A program made the position numbers and the translations under genes. A stretch of 64,000 bases of DNA from an uncultured bacterium (GTDB lineage: Bacteria > Chlamydiota > Chlamydiia > Chlamydiales > SM23-39): the NCBI GenBank assembly GCA_964466185.1, contig CAYXMS010000001.1, forward strand, positions 2,284 to 66,283, in the 5' to 3' direction. Of this stretch, positions 38,471 through 47,280 are shown in pieces; the first letter of the stretch is position 1, and each line of letters begins with the position of its first letter. The notes under the pieces are model-generated. The model did no database searches. It was not told the DNA's origin and saw only the letters and a list, made by a program, of their open reading frames with translations.

Positions 38471-39522
38471 CTTTTGCCGCTCCCTGCTGTCGCAACATCT
38501 TTGCCTACCTGTTTCAGCCCCTGAAGCTCGCTCTTGGAAAAAATCTCTTTTTCAATTTTTTCCATCAGTTTCTGGTTTTTTTTCAGTTCCAGTTTGGCCG
38601 CCTCTTTGCCCTGACCCAGTTTCTGCTCGTTATAGGCAAACCACGATCCTTTTTTTTCTATGATGTCTAAATTTACACCTAAATCCAAAAGCGATCCCAC
38701 ATAAGAGATGCCCTCAGCAAACATAATGTCAAATTCAGCAATTTTAAAAGGAGGCGCTAATTTGTTTTTCACAACCTTAACTTTAATTCTAGAACCCAGA
38801 TCTTCATTGTTAGAACCCTTAATCGAAGCAATTCTTCTAATGTCCATGCGGATTGAAGAATAAAATTTTAAAGCCCTGCCCCCAGTTGTCGTTTCCGGAT
38901 TGCCAAACATAACTCCGATTTTTTCTCGGATTTGGTTAATAAAAATAGCACAAGTCTTGCTTTTAGAAAGCGTAGAGGTCAGCTTTCTTAGCGCCTGAGA
39001 CATCATTCTGGCTTGCAAACCCATAAAAGAATCGCCAATTTCTCCCTCAATCTCCGCTTTCGGAACCAGAGCCGCTACTGAATCTATAACAATTACATCA
39101 ATAGCATTGGAACGGGCTAGAGTTTCAGCAATATTTAAGGCTTCTTCACCAGAATCAGGCTGGGAAATCATTAAATTGTCTAGGTTAACCCCAATTTTAG
39201 CAGCATAGTTGGGGTCTAAAGCATGTTCAGCATCAATATAAGCAGCTGTCCCGCCATTTTTTTGGGCATTGGCTACTATGTGAACGGCTAATGTTGATTT
39301 GCCCGAAGATTCAGGTCCGTAAATTTCTACGACCCTTCCTCTAGGAACCCCACCAACCCCTAAAGCAATGTCTAGAGTAATAGCTCCGGTTTTAATAATG
39401 TTTAGATTTTCTTTCGAAGAAGGATGCTGTCCCATGGCCATTATAGCACCCTCTCCAAATTGTTTTTGGATATGGGAAATGGCAAGTTCTAGAGCTTTCT
39501 TTTTTTGTTCTGTTTCTTTCAT
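38467..39522 (-). CDS. recA: recombinase RecA
   Basis: 351 aa. Walker [34 protein letters not shown] and [28 protein letters not shown]. Confidence 0.98.
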   Translation of the reverse strand: MKETEQKKKALELAISHIQKQFGEGAIMAMGQHPSSKENLNIIKTGAITLDIALGVGGVPRGRVVEIYGPESSGKSTLAVHIVANAQKNGGTAAYIDAEHALDPNYAAKIGVNLDNLMISQPDSGEEALNIAETLARSNAIDVIVIDSVAALVPKAEIEGEIGDSFMGLQARMMSQALRKLTSTLSKSKTCAIFINQIREKIGVMFGNPETTTGGRALKFYSSIRMDIRRIASIKGSNNEDLGSRIKVKVVKNKLAPPFKIAEFDIMFAEGISYVGSLLDLGVNLDIIEKKGSWFAYNEQKLGQGKEAAKLELKKNQKLMEKIEKEIFSKSELQGLKQVGKDVATAGSGKS

Positions 39523-39652
39523 GTTTAAAAATTCCTTTTAAGATGTTTTTCTTTTCAGTTTAAAAGGGATAAGCTTTTTACAAAAGAAAAGAAAAAATCA
39601 CAGCCTTTTTAATTCTGATCAGAACAGGTTTTTATTTTTGCTAAAAAATGAT

Positions 39653-40831
39653 TTAAAAATCCAGCCTTAAGGAAACACTCAAGCCCTGCAGCATTAAATC
39701 TCCAGGCTTGGTTTCTGTATTCCTCAGCTGAAGATCTGTAACTTCCCGCATTTGGTTTTGATCAAAATAATATGAAAACTCATAAAGCGCCTGAAATCCA
39801 AAATGCCATTTATGCTCGTCAAAATAAGAGCCCCAGCCAAAGCCTACGGCAGCTTCAATAATCGGAGTTATCTGACCTATTTTTTCCCGCATGCGATATT
39901 GCAGAGAATAACTGTAATTTTCATCTTGCTGTTTGAAACAAGACTTGATTTTTTGATATGGCAAAGATCCTGCTAAATTCGCTTTTAAATCAAAGCCGTA
40001 TCCCACCAACCAGTTGGTATCCAGACCCACCCTAGGGCCAATCAGCCAGGAATTGCTGTAAGTTTTACTGTAAATGGTAAACGTGCTGGTCAAATAAGTG
40101 CCAATAGTTAAAAACGTCTGGTCGATCCAGCCGCCGGTCATGCCTACATATGGACGCAAAAGCAGACGGGTTCCTGTGTATGACGGACGGGCGAATTCTA
40201 AATTCAACACATCATAGCTCAGCCCCCATTTGGCTTTTAAATGCGACGCTTCATTGGTAATCGTCGAATTGTGGATGAAAAGAGGTGTAATATATCCATT
40301 ATTCGGAGCTGTAAAGTTATTATGAACTCTGCCATGCAATCTAATATATTTAATAACGGCAGTCCAGTTGTCATGCTCAAAATTAGTGCCTAAAGTAACT
40401 TTAAATCCCGATTGAAAATCAAAGCCGAGTTCTGAAAGAGTATAATTTTCATTGGCCACATCGGCAGGTACGATTAAACCATATTCCAAGCCCCGTTCTT
40501 TCATCTGCCAGTAAATATAGGAAGCGTCTATAAAAACATCCCAGGGATCTTTAACGTCTATTCGAGATGGGAAATTATAAGTCAGCAGAACAGCTTCTTC
40601 TGATAGGCCATATCCTTGGTCATAAGCGGGAGTGGATTGTATCTCGGAAAGACCCTGGTCTTCTGGAGGCTTTTCTTTTCGATGGTAAAAAGATAAATGT
40701 TTTCCAGAAGAGGTTTCTTCTTGCTGTGTGTTTGTTAAACTTGTTGGCTCAAAAGATTCGTTTGCTTTTAAATTTAAAAATGAAAATAAAGAGATGAAAA
40801 ATAACCAAGAAGAAACTTTTAAAATGTTCAT
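39653..40831 (-). CDS. MOMP-like beta-barrel porin family, paralog 1
   Basis: 392 aa with a signal peptide. Family motifs: YDQGYGLSEE, YNFPSRIDVKDPWDVFIDASYIYW, NLEFARP and SNSWLIGPR. C-terminus GLSVSLRLDF. Confidence 0.7.
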   Translation of the reverse strand: MNILKVSSWLFFISLFSFLNLKANESFEPTSLTNTQQEETSSGKHLSFYHRKEKPPEDQGLSEIQSTPAYDQGYGLSEEAVLLTYNFPSRIDVKDPWDVFIDASYIYWQMKERGLEYGLIVPADVANENYTLSELGFDFQSGFKVTLGTNFEHDNWTAVIKYIRLHGRVHNNFTAPNNGYITPLFIHNSTITNEASHLKAKWGLSYDVLNLEFARPSYTGTRLLLRPYVGMTGGWIDQTFLTIGTYLTSTFTIYSKTYSNSWLIGPRVGLDTNWLVGYGFDLKANLAGSLPYQKIKSCFKQQDENYSYSLQYRMREKIGQITPIIEAAVGFGWGSYFDEHKWHFGFQALYEFSYYFDQNQMREVTDLQLRNTETKPGDLMLQGLSVSLRLDF

Positions 40832-40881
40832 AACAGATTAATCCTGTCTAGATTTTTTAGGGTTTTAATAAGCTAGCTTTA

Positions 40882-40910
40882 AAAATAAACCTTTGCATAA
40901 ATTTTTTCAA
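40882..40910 (-). promoter_or_regulatory. putative promoter of porin paralog 1 (TTGAAA-17-TATTTT)
   Basis: The minus strand reads GATTGAAAAAATT...TATTTT. The same TTGAAAAAATT -35 block lies upstream of paralogs 2 and 3. Confidence 0.4.
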
Positions 40911-41041
40911 TCTTCTGATTTTATTCATTGCTATTTTTTTTTATATCCATCAAATAAGAAAAAAAATAATTTTTAAAAATTAAAATTAAAAACTTAAAAA
41001 ATCAAACAGAATCAGAAAATTATAATGGTATGAAATTTAAA

Positions 41042-41080
41042 AACAAAAAAAAAGACCGAGTTAATAAACTCGGTCTTTTT
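41042..41080 (-). terminator. rho-independent terminator after porin paralog 2
   Basis: AAAGACCGAG-TTAATAAA-CTCGGTCTTT hairpin followed by a T-run on the minus strand. Confidence 0.75.
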
Positions 41081-41106
41081 AAAACTCTAATTTCAAGTCT
41101 TGTTAC

Positions 41107-42387
41107 TTAAAAATCAAGCCTTGCAGTGATGGTCAAACCATGCATGAAGAAATCTTCAAGATCAGAATTAGATCTGGAATTAACCACTCCTGAAGTTCCT
41201 CTAGCAGAAAGTACCGTGCTGTTTAAAATTTGACTGGAAACTTTTCTCATATAATTCTGCTCAAAATAATAAATAAATTCATAGAGAGCTTTTACAGAGA
41301 AATGCCAGCTATTATCAGCAAAGTAAGTTCCCCATCCAAGACCTAGATTACCCTCTAAAACAGGGGTTATCTGGCTGTAGTCTTTATTGCCTAAACGGCT
41401 ATAATGATCAGAAAATTCAGCAGAGCTTTGCTTATAATCAACTGTAATACTTTGATAAGCTAAAGCACCGGCTACGTCTGCTTCCAAATCAAAACCGGCT
41501 CCCAATATCCATTGGCCGTCTAATCCGGTACGAGGACCCAGCAGCCAAGAATTGCTGTGAGCAATGCCCTTGATGAGTAGAAGAGAATCTTGAATTTTTC
41601 CAACAGTGGTAAAATCAAAATCAATCCAGCCACTAGTTAAACCAAAGAAAGGACGCATGGTTAAACAGGTGCTTTCATATAAAGGACGGGCAAATTCTAA
41701 ATTAAACATGTTGTATTTAGTTTCTAACTTGCCGGTTAAATGCATGAAAGGACCAGAAGTTGCATCTGTCGGAGTGTTGTGTTCTAAACTGGAATCTATC
41801 CATAAAGAAACTAGACGCTCTGGAAAATTGAGCCAAGAATATGTGCTTAAAGAAACAGAAGAACTGTTAGTTCCGGTTAAACGGACATACTCAATCATCA
41901 TTGTCCAATTGTCATGGGCTAAATTGGTGCCCAAAGCTAATTTAAAGCCAGGCTTATAATCGCTTTGGCTTACATTGTGTAGTTTGTATACACGATTTAC
42001 CGGAGGAGATACAGCATTGACATTGGTATTATAATCAGCCGGTCTGGTAATTGCATATTCCATACCCTTTAATTTAGGCAGCCAATAAATAAAGCTTCCT
42101 TTTATAAAAGCATCCCAGCTGTTCGTAACATCAATTCTAGCAGGAGCGTTATAAGCACTCATCATCTGATCTTCTTCGATGCTATAGCCTTGATCGTAAG
42201 GCGGTAGTTTTTCAGTATCAGTACATTCTTCTGTACTGTTATTATAAGAAATTGGCTCTTCGTTTAAACCGATTTCTTCTTGTTGTACAGAATTGGAAAA
42301 AATATCTTCCGAAACTTCATCTGCACTAACGTAAGATGCTGTTATTGCAAAAACAGCTATCAAAGAAAAAAACTTTAAAAGACGCAT
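41107..42387 (-). CDS. MOMP-like beta-barrel porin family, paralog 2
   Basis: 426 aa with the same motifs (PPYDQGYSIEEDQMMSAYNAPARIDV, FNLEFARP, SNSWLLGPR). C-terminus GLTITARLDF. Confidence 0.7.
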   Translation of the reverse strand: MRLLKFFSLIAVFAITASYVSADEVSEDIFSNSVQQEEIGLNEEPISYNNSTEECTDTEKLPPYDQGYSIEEDQMMSAYNAPARIDVTNSWDAFIKGSFIYWLPKLKGMEYAITRPADYNTNVNAVSPPVNRVYKLHNVSQSDYKPGFKLALGTNLAHDNWTMMIEYVRLTGTNSSSVSLSTYSWLNFPERLVSLWIDSSLEHNTPTDATSGPFMHLTGKLETKYNMFNLEFARPLYESTCLTMRPFFGLTSGWIDFDFTTVGKIQDSLLLIKGIAHSNSWLLGPRTGLDGQWILGAGFDLEADVAGALAYQSITVDYKQSSAEFSDHYSRLGNKDYSQITPVLEGNLGLGWGTYFADNSWHFSVKALYEFIYYFEQNYMRKVSSQILNSTVLSARGTSGVVNSRSNSDLEDFFMHGLTITARLDF

Positions 42388-42434
42388 GTGTTTTGATTCT
42401 CCATTTTTAACTTAAATTTTAATTATTAATATCA

Positions 42435-42463
42435 ACCATAAACATTTGCCCTAATTTTTTCAA
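42435..42463 (-). promoter_or_regulatory. putative promoter of porin paralog 2 (TTGAAA-17-TATGGT)
   Basis: The spacing was counted directly. The leader sequence is conserved with paralog 3 (…AAAATGGAGAAT(C/T)AAAACACATG). Confidence 0.45.
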
Positions 42464-42620
42464 CAGAACTTCTAATTTTATTTTTATTTTTTTTAAAATT
42501 AAAAGAAGTTTGGGAAAAATGGCTCTTAAAATTTGGTCGTTTTGAAAAAAATGAAAGCTGAAAACTATTAGGGAAAGTTGTGTTTATCAAATTGAAAAAA
42601 AAGAAAAGTAATAAACGCAG

Positions 42621-42660
42621 AAAAAGAAAAAGGCCAAGTTATTTAGACTTGGCCTTTTTC
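42621..42660 (-). terminator. rho-independent terminator after porin paralog 3
   Basis: AAAGGCCAAGT-TATTTAG-ACTTGGCCTTT hairpin followed by TTTTTCTTTTT on the minus strand. Confidence 0.75.
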
Positions 42661-42683
42661 AAAAAAATTCAAGTTCAAGACTG

Positions 42684-43967
42684 TTAGAAATCAAGTCTTG
42701 CAGTAATTGTTAATCCATGGATGAGTAAGTCCTCAGGCTTGGAATTAGATCTTGAGTTGACTGTACCAGCAGTTCCTACACTAGAAAGCACTGTGCTGTC
42801 CAAAATTTGGCCAGAAACTTTTCTCATGTAGTTTTGGTCAAAGTAGTACAAGAACTCATACAGAGTATGTAAAGAGAAATGCCAGCCGTTGTCAGCAAAG
42901 TAAGTTCCCCAGTTCATACCTATGTTACCTTCTAAAACAGGAGTGATTTGAGTGAATTTCTTGTAGTTAAACAGTCGTGAATAGTGAGTAGTAAAACTAT
43001 CAGAACGCTGCTTATAGTTAACTTTGATGCTTTGATAAGCTAAAGTTCCAGCAATATCACCTTCAATTGCAAAGCCATAGTCTAAAATCCAGTTGCCATC
43101 AACCCCGAAACGTGGGCCGATTAACCAAGAATTGCTATGAGACTTAGCTTGTAAAGTAAAAGTATCAGTTAAAATAGTACCAACTGTTGTAAAGCTTTGC
43201 TTAATCCAGCCGCCAGTTAAACCCATATGGGGACGGAAAGTTAAACAAGTACCTTCATAAAAAGGACGAGCAAATTCCATGTTCAACATGTCATATTTGC
43301 TTTTTAGCTTGCCGGTCAATTTAGTAAATTGTCCTTGGCTGCTAGCTGTATCTAAAGTATTGTGCTCTAAATGGGAATCCATCCATAAAGAAATTAAACG
43401 CTCTGGATAAGTTGTATAATCTCCAGTGCTTTGAACTGTAGATGAATGGTTGTCGCCATGTAAACGCACATACTTGACTAAAGCAGTCCAGTTGTCATGG
43501 GCTAAATTAGTAGCTAGGGCAATTTTAAAACCAGATTTATAGTTCTGATCTACATCATGTAACTTATAAGTATAGTCAATGGCCTCATTAGTAGTATTGA
43601 AATCTGCTGGTCTAGTAATTGCATATTCCATACCTTTTAATTTAGCCAGCCAATAAATGTAACTTGCTCTGATGCTAACATCCCAAGAGCCGGTAACATC
43701 AATTCTAGCAGGAGCGTTATAAGCGCTCATCATCTGGTCTTCTTCAATGCTGTATCCCTGGTCATAGGGAGGCATTTCTTCTGTATTGGTATCAGCACGC
43801 TCGTCGGCGGCACTGTGATAAGTAATTGGCTCATTATTAAGACCAATTTCTTCTTCTTGTAAAGCATTTGAAGGAACAATTTCTGGTTCAGGAGCTTCAT
43901 CTGCTTTTAAATATGTTACTGCTAAAACGCCAACAGCAACTAAGGAAAAAAACTTAAACAAACGCAT
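42684..43967 (-). CDS. MOMP-like beta-barrel porin family, paralog 3 (closest to paralog 2)
   Basis: 427 aa, roughly two-thirds identical to paralog 2 by eye. It contains the identical block PPYDQGYSIEEDQMMSAYNAPARIDV and ends GLTITARLDF. Confidence 0.7.
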   Translation of the reverse strand: MRLFKFFSLVAVGVLAVTYLKADEAPEPEIVPSNALQEEEIGLNNEPITYHSAADERADTNTEEMPPYDQGYSIEEDQMMSAYNAPARIDVTGSWDVSIRASYIYWLAKLKGMEYAITRPADFNTTNEAIDYTYKLHDVDQNYKSGFKIALATNLAHDNWTALVKYVRLHGDNHSSTVQSTGDYTTYPERLISLWMDSHLEHNTLDTASSQGQFTKLTGKLKSKYDMLNMEFARPFYEGTCLTFRPHMGLTGGWIKQSFTTVGTILTDTFTLQAKSHSNSWLIGPRFGVDGNWILDYGFAIEGDIAGTLAYQSIKVNYKQRSDSFTTHYSRLFNYKKFTQITPVLEGNIGMNWGTYFADNGWHFSLHTLYEFLYYFDQNYMRKVSGQILDSTVLSSVGTAGTVNSRSNSKPEDLLIHGLTITARLDF

Positions 43968-44012
43968 GTGTTTTAATTCTCCATTTTGACTTTAATTTTT
44001 CAATTAACATCA

Positions 44013-44041
44013 AACATAACCGTTTACAAGAATTTTTTCAA
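44013..44041 (-). promoter_or_regulatory. putative promoter of porin paralog 3 (TTGAAA-17-TATGTT)
   Basis: The spacing was counted directly, and the block is conserved with the paralog 2 upstream region. Confidence 0.45.
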
Positions 44042-44174
44042 CTACCTTGTTAAAAAAAATGTTTTTTAGAAAAAAAAGAAGAAAAAAACAATAGAGAAAA
44101 TCTAAATATAAAAAAAAAGACAAACAAAAATTATTCTGCTTGTCTTTAGACTTCAAAGAACGGTTTTTTATCAT

Positions 44175-44515
44175 TTACGCACCGTAAAACCCAGTCCTTT
44201 AGGGCTGGGATACAAGGTGCGAGTTAAAAAATGCGGGCTTTAATGCCGTTAAGGCCTCCGCCCGCTAGAGTAATCCACATCGAGATTGTTAGAAGGAGTT
44301 TTTGAACCTGCCACACTGAGAGTTTCCTCTCTGTTTAATGACAGATCACAGTTGCTACGGACTTGTGGAGCATCCGTAGGTGTGTATGTATCTCTTCCAA
44401 CTAACTGCTGCTTAAAGTTTCCTTTAAGCCCTCTAATCAACCAGTTTAAGGCCCACCGGCCTTTTCCCTTGTGCCTCACGGCTCAAGCCTCTCCCTTTAG
44501 GGAGGGGTGATTGAC
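44175..44515 (-). mobile_element. protein-less HEARO/omega-RNA-like element (copy 1; PATE/MITE-like IS200/605-IscB derivative)
   Basis: On the minus strand it starts GTCAATCACCCCTCCCTAAAGGGAGAGG, 6 nt after the porin TAA. About 290 nt are homologous to 54350-54075. Internal hairpins: CTTAAAG-GAAA-CTTTAAG, CTACGGA...TCCGTAG and GAGAG-GAAA-CTCTC. It has a terminator at 44265-44225 and a distal hairpin at 44221-44178 with the same CC(C)TAAAGG apex as the 5' hairpin. Confidence 0.65.
44225..44265 (-). terminator. terminator closing the copy-1 RNA (GCGGGC...GCCCGC + ATTTTTT)
   Basis: A 6-bp GC stem (44265-44260 / 44238-44233) followed by a T-run on the minus strand. Confidence 0.6.
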
Positions 44516-44521
44516 ACTAAA

Positions 44522-45580
44522 TTAAAAATCCAGTCTAAAAGAAAAAGTGAATCCATGCAGCATAAGATCTCCGGCAGAAGGAGCTGATAAGTTAGTAATT
44601 TCTTCTTCTAACGATTTCATCATGTTTTGATTGAAAAAAACTAAAAAATCATAGCCGGCTGAAATGTCTAAGTGCAAACGGTCCTGCCATAAGTAAGAAC
44701 CCCAAGCAAAACCAACTCCTATTTCCCAATCGGAATTAATATATCCTTTATTATATTTGGACAAATTAATCAGATAGGTAGACAAAGGGTCTAAATATTC
44801 TTTGGCGCTGACTTGAAAATCCTGATAAAATAAAGCAGCTGCCAGATTAACGAAAAATCTAAATCCCTCATCCAGCATCCAATTGCTATTTAAACCAATG
44901 CGCGGACCAATCAGCCAGGCAGATTCTTCTTCGTTAATGGCATATTTTGATCCGGAAGAAGTATAAATATCATTATCTGAATTTTGTTTTATCCAGGCGG
45001 CTTTTAATCCAAAGAAAGGAGAGAAAATTAATTGGGTTCCATAGTAAAAAGGACGGGATATAATCAAATCCAGCATATCTAGATTCAATTTCCAGCCGCT
45101 GGACAGTTTGTCTGGATTGACTAAATCTCCAACTGAGGCCATATCATGCAGAGTATAAAAATTAAATGGATCAGTATCAACCTTGGATCGTTCCGAATGC
45201 TGAGAGCGGTGTAAAAATGTATAATCTAGTTGAGCAATCCAATTGTCTATGCCTAAATTAGAACCAAGGATTAGCTTGAAACCAGGTTTGTAATCAAAGT
45301 CCATATGCACAATTTTAGCGGGATTTCCAGCCGGATCAGAGGGAGTAGTATATGCCAGATCCAAACCCTGTTCTATTGCCTGCCATACAATACAAGCCCC
45401 TGTAAAATAAAAGTCCCAGTTTTCTTTTACATCATATCTGGCAGGAGAATTGTAGCTGTTTAAAATTTGATTCGGTTCAATTTCATAGCCCTGATTAAAG
45501 ACTTCTTCATCAAGAGCAAAAAGAGGAAGGCAAAAAATAAGAGGTAAAAGAAAAACTGTTTTTATTTTTGGTTTGAACAT
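44522..45580 (-). CDS. MOMP-like beta-barrel porin family, paralog 4
   Basis: 352 aa. Motifs: NQGYEIEPNQILNSYNSPARYDV, LDLIISRP and AWLIGPR. C-terminus GFTFSFRLDF. Confidence 0.7.
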   Translation of the reverse strand: MFKPKIKTVFLLPLIFCLPLFALDEEVFNQGYEIEPNQILNSYNSPARYDVKENWDFYFTGACIVWQAIEQGLDLAYTTPSDPAGNPAKIVHMDFDYKPGFKLILGSNLGIDNWIAQLDYTFLHRSQHSERSKVDTDPFNFYTLHDMASVGDLVNPDKLSSGWKLNLDMLDLIISRPFYYGTQLIFSPFFGLKAAWIKQNSDNDIYTSSGSKYAINEEESAWLIGPRIGLNSNWMLDEGFRFFVNLAAALFYQDFQVSAKEYLDPLSTYLINLSKYNKGYINSDWEIGVGFAWGSYLWQDRLHLDISAGYDFLVFFNQNMMKSLEEEITNLSAPSAGDLMLHGFTFSFRLDF

Positions 45581-45711
45581 TTTGTTCTCCGTTTTTTTTG
45601 TATATCTTTGGCCAATACTAAAATATTTGATACATATTTAAAAATAAAAAATAGAAGGGAAAAGGAAAATTATCAAGCAAAAAGAAAAAAATAAGATGCA
45701 AATTTTTCGAG

Positions 45712-45750
45712 ATAAAAAAAGCCGGAAGAAAATTTTTTCCTTCCGGCTTA
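45712..45750 (-). terminator. rho-independent terminator after porin paralog 5
   Basis: AGCCGGAAG...CTTCCGGCT hairpin followed by a T-run on the minus strand. Confidence 0.75.
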
Positions 45751-45771
45751 AGAAAAGATCAATTGCTTAAG

Positions 45772-46920
45772 TTAGAAACTAAAAGTTACTTTAAAGTTTC
45801 CACCGTGCAGGTATAAATCAGGTGCTGAAGTGTTTCTCAGCATGTTAAAATATCCTGCTAGCATGTTTTGATTCCAATACACGTTGAATACATAGCTTAG
45901 AGCTAAATCAACATGCCAGTCACGATCAGAGAAATACTTGCCCCAGCTGAAACCGATTTCAGTTTCTAAAGCAGGTCTTAAATAATCTGCCTTATCTCTG
46001 ATATCATATGTGCTGGATCCGTTTAATACGTCTGCTTGATACGTTTTGTTATGCTTATCTAATTTATAGTGCGTATGCAGAACCATAGCGGTTAAATCGC
46101 TAAGCATGCTAAATCCGCATCCCCAGTTCCATTTGCTATTTAAGCTAAACTTAGGGCCAATGCCGAAAGCGTTAGACTTAACTGATATTGGAAGAAGATT
46201 AGAAGAAGTATTAGCATGGTAATATCTCCAATTACCGGATAGTTTTTGCTTTAGCCAAGCAGCTCTTAAACCTATGATAGGCTTTAAGATTAACTTCTCA
46301 CCATTATAAAAGTGGCGAGTTAAGTTTAAATCTACAAAGTCCATGTCAAGTTTCCATTTGCTTTTGATATTTAAACCATAATAAAGGTTAATATCATTAA
46401 TGGAAGAACTGCACAAAGTACTTAAAGATAAGTATTTGTTATTAGCAGGGTCAGCATCGGCTTTTTTGCTGGATGAATCTTTAAAATGGAAATATTCTGA
46501 ATATAAAGACCATTTATCTCTTTCAATATCCCATCCGGCACGGAGTTTAAAGCCGAATTCCCAATCAAACTCATTGGTTACAAGACCAATAGTTCTATAA
46601 TGAGAATTCATAAGCTCTACTCTTTCAGCCAGCTGCATGCCTTCTTGCAGGGGATGTAAATATAACGCATTGCCGCCGACAAAGAATCCCCAGCCGTCAG
46701 CAACATCAATTCTACCAGGAGCATTATAGCCTTTCATCAGCTGATATGGCTCTATACCATAACCCGGACTATAACCTTCCTGTTTTTGGTTTTTTTCCTT
46801 TCTTAGCTGCTGTCTTCCATTATTGCCCTTGACGGTACCTGCAGAAAAGCTGGTACTCAGAGCTAAAGCAGCTAATAAGGTTGATAAAATAAAAAATTTT
46901 GTTTTCATTTTTTTCCTCAT
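45772..46920 (-). CDS. MOMP-like beta-barrel porin family, paralog 5 (divergent)
   Basis: 382 aa. Motifs: SPGYGIEPYQLMKGYNAPGRIDV and FVDLNLTRHFYNG. C-terminus GGNFKVTFSF. Confidence 0.65.
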   Translation of the reverse strand: MRKKMKTKFFILSTLLAALALSTSFSAGTVKGNNGRQQLRKEKNQKQEGYSPGYGIEPYQLMKGYNAPGRIDVADGWGFFVGGNALYLHPLQEGMQLAERVELMNSHYRTIGLVTNEFDWEFGFKLRAGWDIERDKWSLYSEYFHFKDSSSKKADADPANNKYLSLSTLCSSSINDINLYYGLNIKSKWKLDMDFVDLNLTRHFYNGEKLILKPIIGLRAAWLKQKLSGNWRYYHANTSSNLLPISVKSNAFGIGPKFSLNSKWNWGCGFSMLSDLTAMVLHTHYKLDKHNKTYQADVLNGSSTYDIRDKADYLRPALETEIGFSWGKYFSDRDWHVDLALSYVFNVYWNQNMLAGYFNMLRNTSAPDLYLHGGNFKVTFSF

Positions 46921-47280
46921 ACTGTGTTGATAGCTTATACCTTTTATAAGGTTTTTTTCTTTTGGATAACAAAAAAAATTTACTATGGCAACTATTTTTT
47001 TTAAAAAAGAGGGAAAACTTTTTTAAAATGAGACTTTTAAGTTCTTTTTTAGGCTTTTTTTAAGAAGTTGGTCTTTTTAAGTTAATAAAATTGTTTGTTT
47101 GTTTAAGAAGCTTTTATTTAAATGGTTATGTTTTGTATTTAACAAAAGAATAAATTGTTGAAAAATAAAAACCAGCCCTTTTTTGTTTAGTTAAAAAAAA
47201 TAAAAAATATTTTTTATTTGAAGAAATATTTTCAGGAAAATTCTTAAAAATAAGAAATAAAAGAATAGATGCCAGTTTTT

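Noticed and set aside
38436-38663. 75-aa plus-strand ORF overlapping recA
   Set aside because: It is antisense to the unambiguous recA coding sequence. The 4-nt convergent overlap of the synthase and recA stop codons is unremarkable.
44249-44510. Track ORFs 44249-44479 (-) and 44286-44510 (+) between two porin genes
   Set aside because: They lie entirely inside the HEARO-like element. The minus-strand ORF is only the truncated N-terminal remnant of the IscB-like frame and runs into the terminator stem. The plus-strand ORF is antisense to it.
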